The translations under genes and the position numbers were made by a program. Of a DNA stretch of 64,000 nt, positions 49,461 through 58,106 are shown piece by piece (positions within the stretch are counted from its first letter, which is position 1; each line of letters opens with the position of its first letter). Below the pieces are notes generated by a model. It searched no databases and had not been told where the DNA came from. It was given only the letters and a program-made list of their open reading frames with translations. This stretch comes from a virus, in the IMG/VR virus record IMGVR_UViG_3300045988_075126, positions 64,137-128,136 of that record; one strand, written 5' to 3'.

Positions 49461-49715
49461 ATGAAGAAGAAAGAAAAGCTAACGGCATATTGGGATAAGA
49501 AAGAGAACTGTATTGGTGCTTATCACCCTTTAGGGTTTATGACCCAAACAGATGCTTATTATCTCTTCGATAAGGTCTTTACTAAAGATTTTGTCAAAGA
49601 AATAACTGATAGAGGGTATGATGTAAGAACGATGAAGTTTGAAATCTCTCCCAAGCTGCCAAATTATGAGCGATTCAATGACTTATCAAAAAAGTATTAC
49701 GGAAAAGAGAAATAG
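49461..49715 (+). CDS. hypothetical protein
   Basis: ORF track 49401 (TTG); ATG 49461 (MKKKEKLTAYW..). Confidence 0.55.
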   Translation: MKKKEKLTAYWDKKENCIGAYHPLGFMTQTDAYYLFDKVFTKDFVKEITDRGYDVRTMKFEISPKLPNYERFNDLSKKYYGKEK

Positions 49716-49718
49716 CGT

Positions 49719-49886
49719 ATGAAAAAACAAATAGTCTTAGACGAACAGGATATTAAAGAGTTCCACGAGGATGCGGAGCATCTACGTTGGCTACATGAAA
49801 GAATGGTGCGCAAGTATGATGAAAATCCAAACTTTGATTACATGCACCGCTTTGCCAAAATAATTAATAAGTTGGAGCAACTATAG
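49719..49886 (+). CDS. hypothetical small protein (55 aa)
   Basis: Starts at a TAGCGTATG junction and ends at the next one. Confidence 0.45.
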   Translation: MKKQIVLDEQDIKEFHEDAEHLRWLHERMVRKYDENPNFDYMHRFAKIINKLEQL

Positions 49887-49889
49887 CGT

Positions 49890-50096
49890 ATGAAGATTAG
49901 ATTAGCAAAGAAGATAATGAATGCAGACACTTATGCTGATTATCCAAGCAAACACCCTTCTCCCTATTGGAAAACGAAGTTTAAAGAAGCTTATAACGAA
50001 TATGGTTGCTTTATGTTCTGTGAAGATTCGAGCAAGTGTAAATACCGCAATAAGTTCAACCACCGAATTAGAAAGGCGATAAGTTTAACAAAATAA
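49890..50096 (+). CDS. hypothetical protein
   Basis: Starts at a TAGCGTATG junction. Confidence 0.55.
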   Translation: MKIRLAKKIMNADTYADYPSKHPSPYWKTKFKEAYNEYGCFMFCEDSSKCKYRNKFNHRIRKAISLTK

Positions 50097-50103
50097 GTAG
50101 CTT

Positions 50104-50271
50104 ATGGGAATAACGAAAAAATTAAGAGATGAAATTTGGAGTAACGTTCCTAGATTTCTTACCAAAGAAGAAGCTATGGAGTTATGCAAGATAATAAATA
50201 AGTTATATAATAAAGTTTATGGATATGAAAATAAAGAATTTACCAAAGAAGATTTATCTCAACATCAGTAG
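50104..50271 (+). CDS. hypothetical small protein (55 aa)
   Basis: Starts at variant junction TAAGTAGCTTATG; overlaps the next ORF by 53 nt, so uncertain. Confidence 0.3.
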   Translation: MGITKKLRDEIWSNVPRFLTKEEAMELCKIINKLYNKVYGYENKEFTKEDLSQHQ

Positions 50272-50596
50272 CAACAAGGATGAGGTAGATTACAATGAAT
50301 TAGATGGTGTAACGTTCAGTACAGAGAAGATTAACGCTACCGATTGCGATACAGAAAACGTTCCTTACGTGAACGCAGCATCGTTATGGCACGACCTAAA
50401 GGAAGAGAAGCCACCATTAAAAAAGTGGGTAATGTTCCGATATAGTGGTGGCGGTGTAAACCCTACTGCTCTTCACTACGGAGCAATGAGTGATGATGTA
50501 TGGATTGTCACTAGAGGTGACGGCACACAACGTATAGAAACTATGTACGAATGCTACGATAAGATAGAGTGGTTTGACTTTGATGAACTAAAATAG
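50219..50596 (+). CDS. hypothetical protein
   Basis: ORF track; ATG start. Confidence 0.55.
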   Translation: MDMKIKNLPKKIYLNISSNKDEVDYNELDGVTFSTEKINATDCDTENVPYVNAASLWHDLKEEKPPLKKWVMFRYSGGGVNPTALHYGAMSDDVWIVTRGDGTQRIETMYECYDKIEWFDFDELK

Positions 50597-50604
50597 TATA
50601 GCGT

Positions 50605-50838
50605 ATGGCAAATAAAGAATTTTTTAATGCGTATTGTGGAAAACCAGTTCTTTATAAAGGTAAGGACATTGGCGCATACGTGGCAGGTTATCTTGAAGAT
50701 AAGTATATCATCTTAGGTTTTGATGATTATACAGGCTGCGTTCAGTGCTTCACATCTAAAGTGTATAAAACGCTTGGTGGAATATACAATTCATACCGAT
50801 TCGCAAAGTTGAAGTATTTAAAAATAAAAAAGAGTTAA
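50605..50838 (+). CDS. hypothetical protein
   Basis: Starts at a TAGTATAGCGTATG junction. Confidence 0.55.
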   Translation: MANKEFFNAYCGKPVLYKGKDIGAYVAGYLEDKYIILGFDDYTGCVQCFTSKVYKTLGGIYNSYRFAKLKYLKIKKS

Positions 50839-50842
50839 GTGT

Positions 50843-51184
50843 ATGGAAAAAGATAACTATTTTTTTAAGCTTTTATTTGTTCTTTTTATAATAGGAGTTG
50901 TTGTTTATGCGGCTATTGATGATAGTTCTCATAAAGGCAAAACTTTTTGGTATGAAGTAATAGATAAGCGAGAGTCTGTAGGAAGTCACTTCTCAATTAT
51001 TAATAAAGGAGTGAGGACAGATTATAATATAGTATTTAAACGAATTGATAACGGAAAGCTCTTTCCATGTAAAGATGTAGAGTATGGAGATTATATTCAA
51101 TATCAGTTAAATCGAAAATACTATATAACAGAGGAAGATATGCAAAAGCTCTCAGGTGTTTATAATAGGGATTTCTATAAGTAA
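50843..51184 (+). CDS. small membrane protein
   Basis: Starts at variant junction TAAGTGTATG; FFKLLFVLFIIGVVVYAAI TM helix. Confidence 0.55.
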   Translation: MEKDNYFFKLLFVLFIIGVVVYAAIDDSSHKGKTFWYEVIDKRESVGSHFSIINKGVRTDYNIVFKRIDNGKLFPCKDVEYGDYIQYQLNRKYYITEEDMQKLSGVYNRDFYK

Positions 51185-51198
51185 TAAAAAGCGAGAAT

Positions 51199-51570
51199 AT
51201 GGAAAAATATAAGTATACGAACAAAGAGGAAAGACCCATCCCCAAATATAGGAATGGTGATATTGCTTGGTATATAGATGGTTGGTTTGAACATCCGCAA
51301 CGCTGTATTATAAAGGGATGCTGCAACGTTTCTTGGTTCGAGGGGAACGAATTTAATCCTTCAGGTTGGTGGATAGATTATAAATACAAACCCGACTATT
51401 GTGAACGAACTAAACAGCATACAATTAGAGAGGAATCACTTTTTGATACCGAGCAAGAGGCTTTAATTGCATTATTCGAGGAGTTTAAAGATGAAGTAAA
51501 ACGTAAATTAGACCTTTTTGGCAAAGAAGCAAATAGACTAGGCATAAAACAGCAATTGATGTTGCAATAA
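51199..51570 (+). CDS. hypothetical protein
   Basis: Last plus-strand ORF before the convergent terminator. Confidence 0.6.
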   Translation: MEKYKYTNKEERPIPKYRNGDIAWYIDGWFEHPQRCIIKGCCNVSWFEGNEFNPSGWWIDYKYKPDYCERTKQHTIREESLFDTEQEALIALFEEFKDEVKRKLDLFGKEANRLGIKQQLMLQ

Positions 51571-51580
51571 TAAGAAAGGG

Positions 51581-51603
51581 TAGGGGAATCTATTCTTCCC
51601 CTA
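51581..51603. terminator. bidirectional terminator hairpin between convergent blocks
   Basis: TAGGGGAA-TCTATTC-TTCCCCTA 8-bp stem; overlaps the stop region of minus gene 51590-52027. Confidence 0.55.
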
Positions 51604-52027
51604 TCTCTTTTAAACCCAAATCTATTAATAGCTTATCCAATATCTCATTCACGTCATTACGGAAACTTCGGTAAGTAACATAATAGAAACTGATATTCTT
51701 GTAATCATGGCTCACATTAGAACATGTACACCCCAAAACCTTAGCGATTTTCTCTCTTAGCCCTCTTCTCATCTTAGAACCGCCAAGGGCACTAGGAGAA
51801 TAAAGATAAAGAATAACAAAGATAAATTGCTTGCGTACCATTGTGGAATTTCGTCCGGCATGATAGCTCATAAACTTATCGTAAATATTGCCTACTTGCG
51901 ATAAATCTTGCATCAATGGAATGGAAAGACTTATTTCTTCCTTGGATAAGATGGCCTTAGTTTCTCTAATCCATTTTATGCGTTCCATGATTTTCTTTAG
52001 ATTCATTTCAATGTCTGGTTCTTTCAT
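51590..52027 (-). CDS. hypothetical protein
   Basis: ORF track; ATG start; last gene of the leftward operon. Confidence 0.6.
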   Translation of the reverse strand: MKEPDIEMNLKKIMERIKWIRETKAILSKEEISLSIPLMQDLSQVGNIYDKFMSYHAGRNSTMVRKQFIFVILYLYSPSALGGSKMRRGLREKIAKVLGCTCSNVSHDYKNISFYYVTYRSFRNDVNEILDKLLIDLGLKEIGEE

Positions 52028-52039
52028 TCTTTTCCGTTT

Positions 52040-52186
52040 TTAGTTCAACATTTCATAGACGAAGTTAACCTCGTCTGCATCTATTTGTTTTCTAAACATT
52101 TCTATGTCGAAAACTACCAACGAGCAGTGCTCAAACGAACTCTGCCCATTGATAACTTTTTCAATTCTTTTAATCTTGTATTTCAT
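52040..52186 (-). CDS. hypothetical small protein (48 aa)
   Basis: MKYKIKRIEKVINGQSSFEHCSLVVFDIEMF..; ATGA overlap with the upstream gene. Confidence 0.4.
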   Translation of the reverse strand: MKYKIKRIEKVINGQSSFEHCSLVVFDIEMFRKQIDADEVNFVYEMLN

Positions 52187-52707
52187 TTTATTTCTATTAG
52201 AGTTAAAATGCAATATCCCAACAAGTCTTTATAGCTGTCAAGAATAGGCTCTTCTTTAGCATCCTCGTTCAAAGTAAGCAAAGAGCAAATACGATTAATT
52301 TTCTCTTGCAAATGACCGAATGCATACGGATAACCATCCTTAGAGAAACATTCCGAGAAAGCGTTTCCATACCGCTTATTCTTGGTTTTGAAAAGCTCGA
52401 TTTGCGACCCGATGATGTCGTTATAATCAGAGACAATATACCAAGAGAGCGTAAGCAAGGCTTCCATCGCCATTACGCTGATATGATTTCGTAAGGTTTC
52501 TTTATCTTCAGAAGATGCACGAATCTCATACATAAGACGAAGGAAATTGGCTGCGCTTGAAAATAATCCGAGCTTTCCGAAGTCCTCCCTTAGAGATGAA
52601 ACGAAAGTGGCATTATCCTTGCATTCAATCATGTCTGCCAAATGTCTAATCTCAAAGATATACTTGTTAGCATATTCGCAACACCCATTGTTATTTTGCT
52701 CCACCAT
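52183..52707 (-). CDS. all-alpha nucleotide-metabolism-like protein (DUF1599/MazG-like, tentative)
   Basis: ORF track to 52725 (GTG); ATG 52707; ..FKTKNKRYGNAF.. and helical repeats recall DUF1599-type domains; adjacent to dUTPase. Confidence 0.35.
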   Translation of the reverse strand: MVEQNNNGCCEYANKYIFEIRHLADMIECKDNATFVSSLREDFGKLGLFSSAANFLRLMYEIRASSEDKETLRNHISVMAMEALLTLSWYIVSDYNDIIGSQIELFKTKNKRYGNAFSECFSKDGYPYAFGHLQEKINRICSLLTLNEDAKEEPILDSYKDLLGYCILTLIEIK

Positions 52708-53278
52708 GTCCGTATCCTCCTCCACGATTATTTTCCATATTCAACTCTCCAAGTATGCATTCTGGATTTTCTACCTTGCGGAATGCACCCTGACAAATAC
52801 GAGTACCTTTCTTGACTACGAATACATAATAGTCGTAATCTGAATCAAGTTTAAATTTGCTATCTTCTGTCGGCATATAACGGTCGGAATTAACTCTATA
52901 AAGCGCACCAATATCGTCCCTGTAGTCTTCATCAACCAAACCTAGACAAATATCAATATCCGCTCTAACATTAGTCATGTAGCCAATTTGTGTTTCATCC
53001 TTGCCGATGAAAGCCACATCTACAAGCATACCTTTATCCGTAAAACCGGAACGTGAACGAATATCCAAACCAACATCTTTAGGAAGTTCTACACCTAAAT
53101 GCAGGTTTATGTGACCTCTACCCATTTTCACCCAAGGCATGTTCAAAACTACATCTTGTGGGCAGTAAAAATCAACTGCCGCAGCATTACCTTCCTTGTA
53201 AGGAACATTACCACCTCGCAAGTCAAGTACATAAGCCTTGCCTTGTGCAACTAACTTTTTTGTTAATTCCTTATCCAT
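52691..53278 (-). CDS. dut: dUTPase (trimeric type, with insertions)
   Basis: Motif order AAVDFY, IRSRSG, GLVDEDYRDDIG, TRICQ, C-terminal RGGGYGHGG matches dUTPase motifs 1-5. Confidence 0.7.
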   Translation of the reverse strand: MDKELTKKLVAQGKAYVLDLRGGNVPYKEGNAAAVDFYCPQDVVLNMPWVKMGRGHINLHLGVELPKDVGLDIRSRSGFTDKGMLVDVAFIGKDETQIGYMTNVRADIDICLGLVDEDYRDDIGALYRVNSDRYMPTEDSKFKLDSDYDYYVFVVKKGTRICQGAFRKVENPECILGELNMENNRGGGYGHGGAK

Positions 53279-53471
53279 TATATATAAAGCCTAAATCGTT
53301 TAAAGTTCTACAATTCTTAACCAGTCCTTTCGCCCATAAATTGCGTAACTCAGGTAATGGGTCTTTCCCATACCTATTCTTTATGGTTGCCAAAGTCAAG
53401 ATTTCCGGTTTAATATGTTTATCTCTTTTCTGTTGCCTTAGTTCCTTCAGAATAGTCTCCAAGTTCTCCAT
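53271..53471 (-). CDS. hypothetical protein
   Basis: ORF track; ATG start; overlaps neighbours. Confidence 0.5.
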   Translation of the reverse strand: MENLETILKELRQQKRDKHIKPEILTLATIKNRYGKDPLPELRNLWAKGLVKNCRTLNDLGFIYNG

Positions 53472-53901
53472 TGACGAAATTCTCCATTGTTATATTGTCA
53501 ATCCCAAATTTATCAGCCAGATCATCGTTCCCAATAATCAGCCAATTAGATTTGTCTTTGAGAAACTCTATACTCTCGGTGCCTTTTGCAGCATCAACAA
53601 AAGTATCATCAATATTATCAGTAGAGCGATATGGAACTACCGCCTTATCAGCATACATAGCAATTTCGTAAGTAATAACCGATAGCATTTTTGCGAATGT
53701 TATATCGCTTGAATACATTACTTGGTTCTTGTCATATCCTAAGATGTTGACACGGACTATATTATCATCTGCTTGCAACGCTCTAAAGAAATCGTGCTTA
53801 AGCTGAAAATCCGTAATATCTACAGGATGCTCATTACCCGATGGAATACTTATAATATCCAACAGGCTTACAAAAATAACTTTTTTATTCTCCGTCTTCA
53901 T
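53419..53901 (-). CDS. hypothetical protein
   Basis: ORF track; ATG start; no domain recognised. Confidence 0.6.
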   Translation of the reverse strand: MKTENKKVIFVSLLDIISIPSGNEHPVDITDFQLKHDFFRALQADDNIVRVNILGYDKNQVMYSSDITFAKMLSVITYEIAMYADKAVVPYRSTDNIDDTFVDAAKGTESIEFLKDKSNWLIIGNDDLADKFGIDNITMENFVNGELGDYSEGTKATEKR

Positions 53902-54145
53902 CTGTTAATAATTTATCTATTGTTTTTTCTAATTCGTCTAATCTTAGAGTATAATCCTCTTTGTAAACACATGTCAATGTAGAAATAAAGAACTTGTCAT
54001 TATCTGTTCTCAATTCAATCTCCATATATTCCTCATAATAGCTATCGTATTTAATCGCTAACGAAAAGGAGTTCATGTAATCAGGATTGAATCTTCTCTG
54101 CAAGGATTGTGCTCTTGTAAAAGCATCTTTAAATTCATCCGTCAT
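53885..54145 (-). CDS. hypothetical protein
   Basis: ORF track; ATG start; ATGA-type overlap. Confidence 0.6.
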   Translation of the reverse strand: MTDEFKDAFTRAQSLQRRFNPDYMNSFSLAIKYDSYYEEYMEIELRTDNDKFFISTLTCVYKEDYTLRLDELEKTIDKLLTDEDGE

Positions 54146-54528
54146 GGCTTAATATTTTGTGTAAACATTTCTCTGTTCTTTGCCATCGCATCGTGGAAGC
54201 CAATATCGTATCTGTCGGTTTGCTCCAGCTCATAGTTCCGCTTTATGAGTTCACTTGTCTGATACGAACTCTTTGCTAGCTGAAGTTTAAAATAGATAAA
54301 CTCAACGAACATTAACATAAAGCAAAGGATAAAACCGATAATCACCGCTACCTTTGTGTTCTCTTTACAGAACTTAACAATACACTTGGCAAGCCAGCAT
54401 GTTGTACTAACTATGCCAACAAGTACAAGGTATGGAATTCGTATCAGAACCTTGCATAACATACCCATAGTACTCTTCATATAAGATACGAAATCCGTAC
54501 TTGTAAAAATTAACTTTAACTTATTCAT
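54142..54528 (-). CDS. membrane protein
   Basis: Two or three hydrophobic helices (VLIRIPYLVLVGIVSTTCWLA, VAVIIGFILCFMLMFVEFIYF). Confidence 0.6.
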   Translation of the reverse strand: MNKLKLIFTSTDFVSYMKSTMGMLCKVLIRIPYLVLVGIVSTTCWLAKCIVKFCKENTKVAVIIGFILCFMLMFVEFIYFKLQLAKSSYQTSELIKRNYELEQTDRYDIGFHDAMAKNREMFTQNIKP

Positions 54529-54536
54529 ATTTTAGC

Positions 54537-55016
54537 CTATTTAATGTTTACCAAAAGTCTCTTATTAACGAACCACAACAAATCAATACCATTCATCATG
54601 CAATATCCGCAAAGCATGCCAATCAAGATTATAATCTTCTTGAACACTCGGTAATGTGTCATTTCAATCTTCAGCATAGACATCATTAAGTCTTCAAAGG
54701 AACGGTCTCTCATTGAATCTGGGTCTAGCCTCAACGATTTGACATTCATCTTGTACTTATTGGCCATTGAGAATAATGTAATAGCAAACTCTGCTAATTT
54801 GTCCTCTAGAGTTCCGGCAACGAGTTTAGAATATATTTCTATCGTGCCACGTCCGTTATCATTTTCATATTCCCAACGTTTGGCATTGAAACGACCTTCG
54901 TATTTGCGCATTTCTACAATAGCGTCAATTACGTTGAATGTTTCTGCTCTTTGGGTCTGGCTAGCAACATCAAAGTTGCAAGCCTCTATAATCTGTTCTA
55001 TTTCTGCTATCTCCAT
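54537..55016 (-). CDS. hypothetical protein
   Basis: ORF track; ATG start; helical; possibly NTP-pyrophosphohydrolase-like, but I cannot support this. Confidence 0.55.
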   Translation of the reverse strand: MEIAEIEQIIEACNFDVASQTQRAETFNVIDAIVEMRKYEGRFNAKRWEYENDNGRGTIEIYSKLVAGTLEDKLAEFAITLFSMANKYKMNVKSLRLDPDSMRDRSFEDLMMSMLKIEMTHYRVFKKIIILIGMLCGYCMMNGIDLLWFVNKRLLVNIK

Positions 55017-55017
55017 T

Positions 55018-55311
55018 TTACACTATTGAATCTAAGTCAAAATCATTAGACGGAATGAAAGCTACATGGTCTTTCTCCCTTGTCATCGTTTTCTCTCCTG
55101 TTCGCACGCAATTAATTTGCTTGGGATTTTTATGTCGTACCACAAATGTTCCAAAGCTACGTATCATAACACGGTCTCTGTTGCGCAACGACTGCTTGGT
55201 GAGGTCTATGAAATAATTCACAATGGCTTGAACATCATCCTTGCGGAACTTTTTGCCATTTACATCTCTAAGGTTCTTAATGATTGCCTTGACAATTTCT
55301 TCTTTCTTCAT
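55018..55311 (-). CDS. HU/IHF-family DNA-binding protein
   Basis: ..VMIRSFGTFVVRHKNPKQINCVRTGEKTMTREKDHVAFIPS.. = F.GFG.F..R....R..RNP.TGE...I signature. Confidence 0.7.
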   Translation of the reverse strand: MKKEEIVKAIIKNLRDVNGKKFRKDDVQAIVNYFIDLTKQSLRNRDRVMIRSFGTFVVRHKNPKQINCVRTGEKTMTREKDHVAFIPSNDFDLDSIV

Positions 55312-56017
55312 ATTCTCTAAGTTTTTTGTTCCCTAAACTTCTAATCAAGTCGTATGGGTCTATACCATATTTCTTAACGAAACATTCTCTTAGCTTGCAT
55401 ATAGCCTTGAAATCGGCATTTGTTGTATTCTTGACTATCATATAAGCCGAGTCTAACCTTGCGTCTTCTTTTGGGGCTTTAACTCGAAAAAGCTTGTTGC
55501 CTTTATCGTCTTCGATAAGTTCTATGTAGACTTCTTGGCCTTTAGCTTTCTTTGTTGCAGCCCATTCTTCATATGTGATAGCATTTTGTTTGATAGCCTC
55601 ATCTTCTTTAGCCTCCTTTTCTTTCTGCATATTTGCTTCCATTGCATTAACGGCATCCATCCGTTGAAAGCAGAAAGTGTACAAGCTCTTGGTAATTACT
55701 TGCGGATTTGGCTTTTTGTAGAATTTTTCGAACTTTCCGGCAATAAACATCTTGAAGAAAGTAATCAGTTCGTTCAGATTAAGGAAATAATACTCATCCT
55801 TTATGGCATTTGCAGTCATTATCTTGATATTGTCAGTAACCTCATTATTTACAAAGCCACAGATTCCATATACATCTGAAACCCATGCTACAAGCCATGT
55901 TATTGCACTTCCTTCTCCATAACACAGATCAAGATAGGTTAGTGTCGGTGCGTTGCTCTTAAAAGCTTTTCCGATAGACATCTTACTACCTACTTGGCTT
56001 GATGGAGAGAAAGACAT
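55277..56017 (-). CDS. hypothetical replication-module protein
   Basis: ORF track to 56179 would overlap the upstream gene by 137 nt; ATG 56017 (MSFSPSSQVG..) lies 25 nt after its stop; start uncertain. Confidence 0.5.
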   Translation of the reverse strand: MSFSPSSQVGSKMSIGKAFKSNAPTLTYLDLCYGEGSAITWLVAWVSDVYGICGFVNNEVTDNIKIMTANAIKDEYYFLNLNELITFFKMFIAGKFEKFYKKPNPQVITKSLYTFCFQRMDAVNAMEANMQKEKEAKEDEAIKQNAITYEEWAATKKAKGQEVYIELIEDDKGNKLFRVKAPKEDARLDSAYMIVKNTTNADFKAICKLRECFVKKYGIDPYDLIRSLGNKKLREYEERRNCQGNH

Positions 56018-56042
56018 TAGAACATCATCGAATGTTCCATAC

Positions 56043-56738
56043 TCATTGAATATTCGTTGCTTTTCTCTGTTGATTGAGACGCTGCACGAGGTCGGCTGAC
56101 TCTTGATAATAGCCTTGCTCTGCGTCTTTATTAGTTCCTTGCTTTCTGTCATCATAATTTCCTTCCAATACTTTAACAAAATTATTTGGTTTCATAATCC
56201 AATCAAAACTTGCCATCCATCCATGACTTCCATTAAGAAATCCAGAAGAGGCTGCTTTATCTATTACAAGTTTCATCTGCTCACTCCCGTATTCTTTAAG
56301 CCGTGAATTAATCATTGACTTTCTCTTCGATGTCAGGGCATGAACTAGAGGCATTCCTCTTCCAGCGATAACCTTATTGAAATATTCGCAAACCTTCTTT
56401 GCTTTATCATCCACTTGTGTTACACTAGGGACGTTATTTAGTGTTATACGTTCAGACTCTTTCTTATGCGGCTTAGGTTCTTCGCCTTCAGCAAATTCTA
56501 TATTGTCTTCATGCTTCCAAATGAAGACTTTTCCGTTTCCAACTGAAAGCATCTGTTTCTCAAATAACCCCTCAATAGCTTTCTTGGTTTTTGCTACCGA
56601 CATACCTATCTTATCCGATAGTTCCTTGTTGCTCCCATACACATATCCGTCTTTATCAGCATTAAATGACAGACGGACGAAAGCGACCAATTCATCTGTA
56701 TCCAAGCTACATGCTTTTTCGTCTAATTTTACTACCAT
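56043..56738 (-). CDS. phage replisome organiser / replication initiator-like protein
   Basis: C-terminal ..SKRKSMINSRLKEYGSEQMKLVIDKAASSGFLNGSHGWMASFDWIMKPNNFVKVLEGNY resembles the conserved phage C-terminus of DnaD/organiser-type proteins. Confidence 0.55.
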   Translation of the reverse strand: MVVKLDEKACSLDTDELVAFVRLSFNADKDGYVYGSNKELSDKIGMSVAKTKKAIEGLFEKQMLSVGNGKVFIWKHEDNIEFAEGEEPKPHKKESERITLNNVPSVTQVDDKAKKVCEYFNKVIAGRGMPLVHALTSKRKSMINSRLKEYGSEQMKLVIDKAASSGFLNGSHGWMASFDWIMKPNNFVKVLEGNYDDRKQGTNKDAEQGYYQESADLVQRLNQQRKATNIQ

Positions 56739-56741
56739 ATC

Positions 56742-57914
56742 TTAAAAAAATGCATTTGTTAATTGTTTATTTCCACTCATTATTACCCACTTCCCTCTGC
56801 CGTTTTGGTCTAGCAATTTCAAGTCTTCAACTTTTCCGAATCTATCATAAGTACCGCAAAGGTCAACAAACCAAGGCTGTTTTCCTTTTGATAGTCTAAG
56901 AAGTCTTCCTACAACTTGATAGTATTGCGCTAAAGAGCGTGTTGGCTTTGCATACACTACAGTATCTAACTCCGGATAGTCAAAGCCTACGACCAAGATT
57001 TGGCTATTTACCAGTACCTTAGTCTGCCCATTGCGGAAACGCTCGATGATAGCCTCACGTTCTTTAGGTGGTGTCTCTCCGCAGACCATTTCGCAGTTAG
57101 GTATGGAATAGGTCAACATCTGAGCCTCTTTAACGAACTTGGTAAAAACCAAGATGCCTTTACGTTGTCCACCTCGTTTCGGATTAAGTAATCTATTGAC
57201 AACACTAACTAGCCATCCGTACAAATCTACACGTTCATATTCTTGCTTGACACTTTGGTCAGTGTAATCACGGCAAGTTGAATTGAGCTGCAAGTTTCCT
57301 TCGTTCCATTGTGGCGGTGGGCAAGAGTAATAGTTTGGCAGACAGATATATCCGTTCTTTGCCATATCCTCAACTTGAACATAGTAAATAAGCTCCTTGA
57401 AAATCTTGTCTCGACTTCTTGTCAGAAACTTCAGTATGCTACCATAGTTCTGATAGGAATACAAGCGGAAAGGTGTTGCGGTTAAGCCTATGACCTTACT
57501 CTTTAATTTATCAAGAAACTCCTTATACATACCGGATTCAGGTTTCACTAAATGAACCTCATCAATCAATATGTACTTGAAGTCAGTAAACAATTCGGGA
57601 TGTCCTTTTACACTACCAATTGTAGCAAAAGTAACATCGCTGATTTCCTTTGATTTAAAACTAGCGGAATAGATGCTGGCATTATCAAATCCATAAGAAC
57701 AATACTTCTTGTAGTTTTGTTCCAAAATTTCCTTAGTAGGAGAGAAAACAAGCACTTTATCCTTGAGTCTAGCAGCTATATCTGCCAAAATCAATGATTT
57801 GCCCGATGCTGTAGGGAGCACTTCCAGAGCGTTCCAGTTTTTCTTCTTATCCAAGAAAAACTCAACAGCCTTCTTGCTTGCCTCTTCTTGATATGGTCTT
57901 AATTTAAACTTCAT
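56742..57914 (-). CDS. superfamily-2 DEAD/DEAH-box helicase
   Basis: Walker A LPTASGKS, DEAH-like LIDEVH, motif III LTATP, C-terminal ..QVVGRLLR.. Confidence 0.8.
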   Translation of the reverse strand: MKFKLRPYQEEASKKAVEFFLDKKKNWNALEVLPTASGKSLILADIAARLKDKVLVFSPTKEILEQNYKKYCSYGFDNASIYSASFKSKEISDVTFATIGSVKGHPELFTDFKYILIDEVHLVKPESGMYKEFLDKLKSKVIGLTATPFRLYSYQNYGSILKFLTRSRDKIFKELIYYVQVEDMAKNGYICLPNYYSCPPPQWNEGNLQLNSTCRDYTDQSVKQEYERVDLYGWLVSVVNRLLNPKRGGQRKGILVFTKFVKEAQMLTYSIPNCEMVCGETPPKEREAIIERFRNGQTKVLVNSQILVVGFDYPELDTVVYAKPTRSLAQYYQVVGRLLRLSKGKQPWFVDLCGTYDRFGKVEDLKLLDQNGRGKWVIMSGNKQLTNAFF

Positions 57915-57973
57915 TTCACAAATAATATGAAATCACTTTTGTTACTATATAGGAATGCACAAGTCTTATGCAT
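57911..57973 (-). CDS. 20-aa leader mini-ORF coupled to the helicase gene
   Basis: MHKTCAFLYSNKSDFILFVK*; its TGA overlaps the helicase ATG (ATGA); starts 25 nt after the leader element. Confidence 0.3.
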   Translation of the reverse strand: MHKTCAFLYSNKSDFILFVK

Positions 57974-57997
57974 AACAAAAGCCTTTAGAGAAGACCT

Positions 57998-58022
57998 TAC
58001 AGTTTTTATGGTGTGTCTCACC
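57998..58022 (-). promoter_or_regulatory. conserved leader element, type A
   Basis: Minus strand GGTGAGACACACCATAAAAACTGTA, identical to 62441-62465. Confidence 0.65.
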
Positions 58023-58032
58023 AAGACGATTG

Positions 58033-58064
58033 CAAAGGTACGAAGAATAATTTGATAATGCAAA
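58033..58064 (-). promoter_or_regulatory. extended phage promoter for the helicase operon
   Basis: Reverse complement CACTAAATTATTTGCATTATCAAATTATTCTTCGTACCTTTGCA: -33 TTTG (58061-58064), 20-nt spacer, -7 TACCTTTG (58033-58040). Confidence 0.65.
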
Positions 58065-58106
58065 TAATTTAGTGTTTATTATTAATGCGGTAACATTATT
58101 TAAACC

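Noticed and set aside
53158-53685. 175-aa plus-strand ORF opposite the dUTPase region, plus other plus-strand ORFs at 52306, 52547, 53471, 53773, 54739, 55066, 55535, 56103, 56377, 56666, 57000, 59467, 60097, 61055 and 61444
   Set aside because: They are antisense to a continuous, overlapping minus-strand operon containing recognisable dUTPase, HU, helicase, SSB-like, exonuclease and annealase genes. They have no promoters and low-complexity translations.
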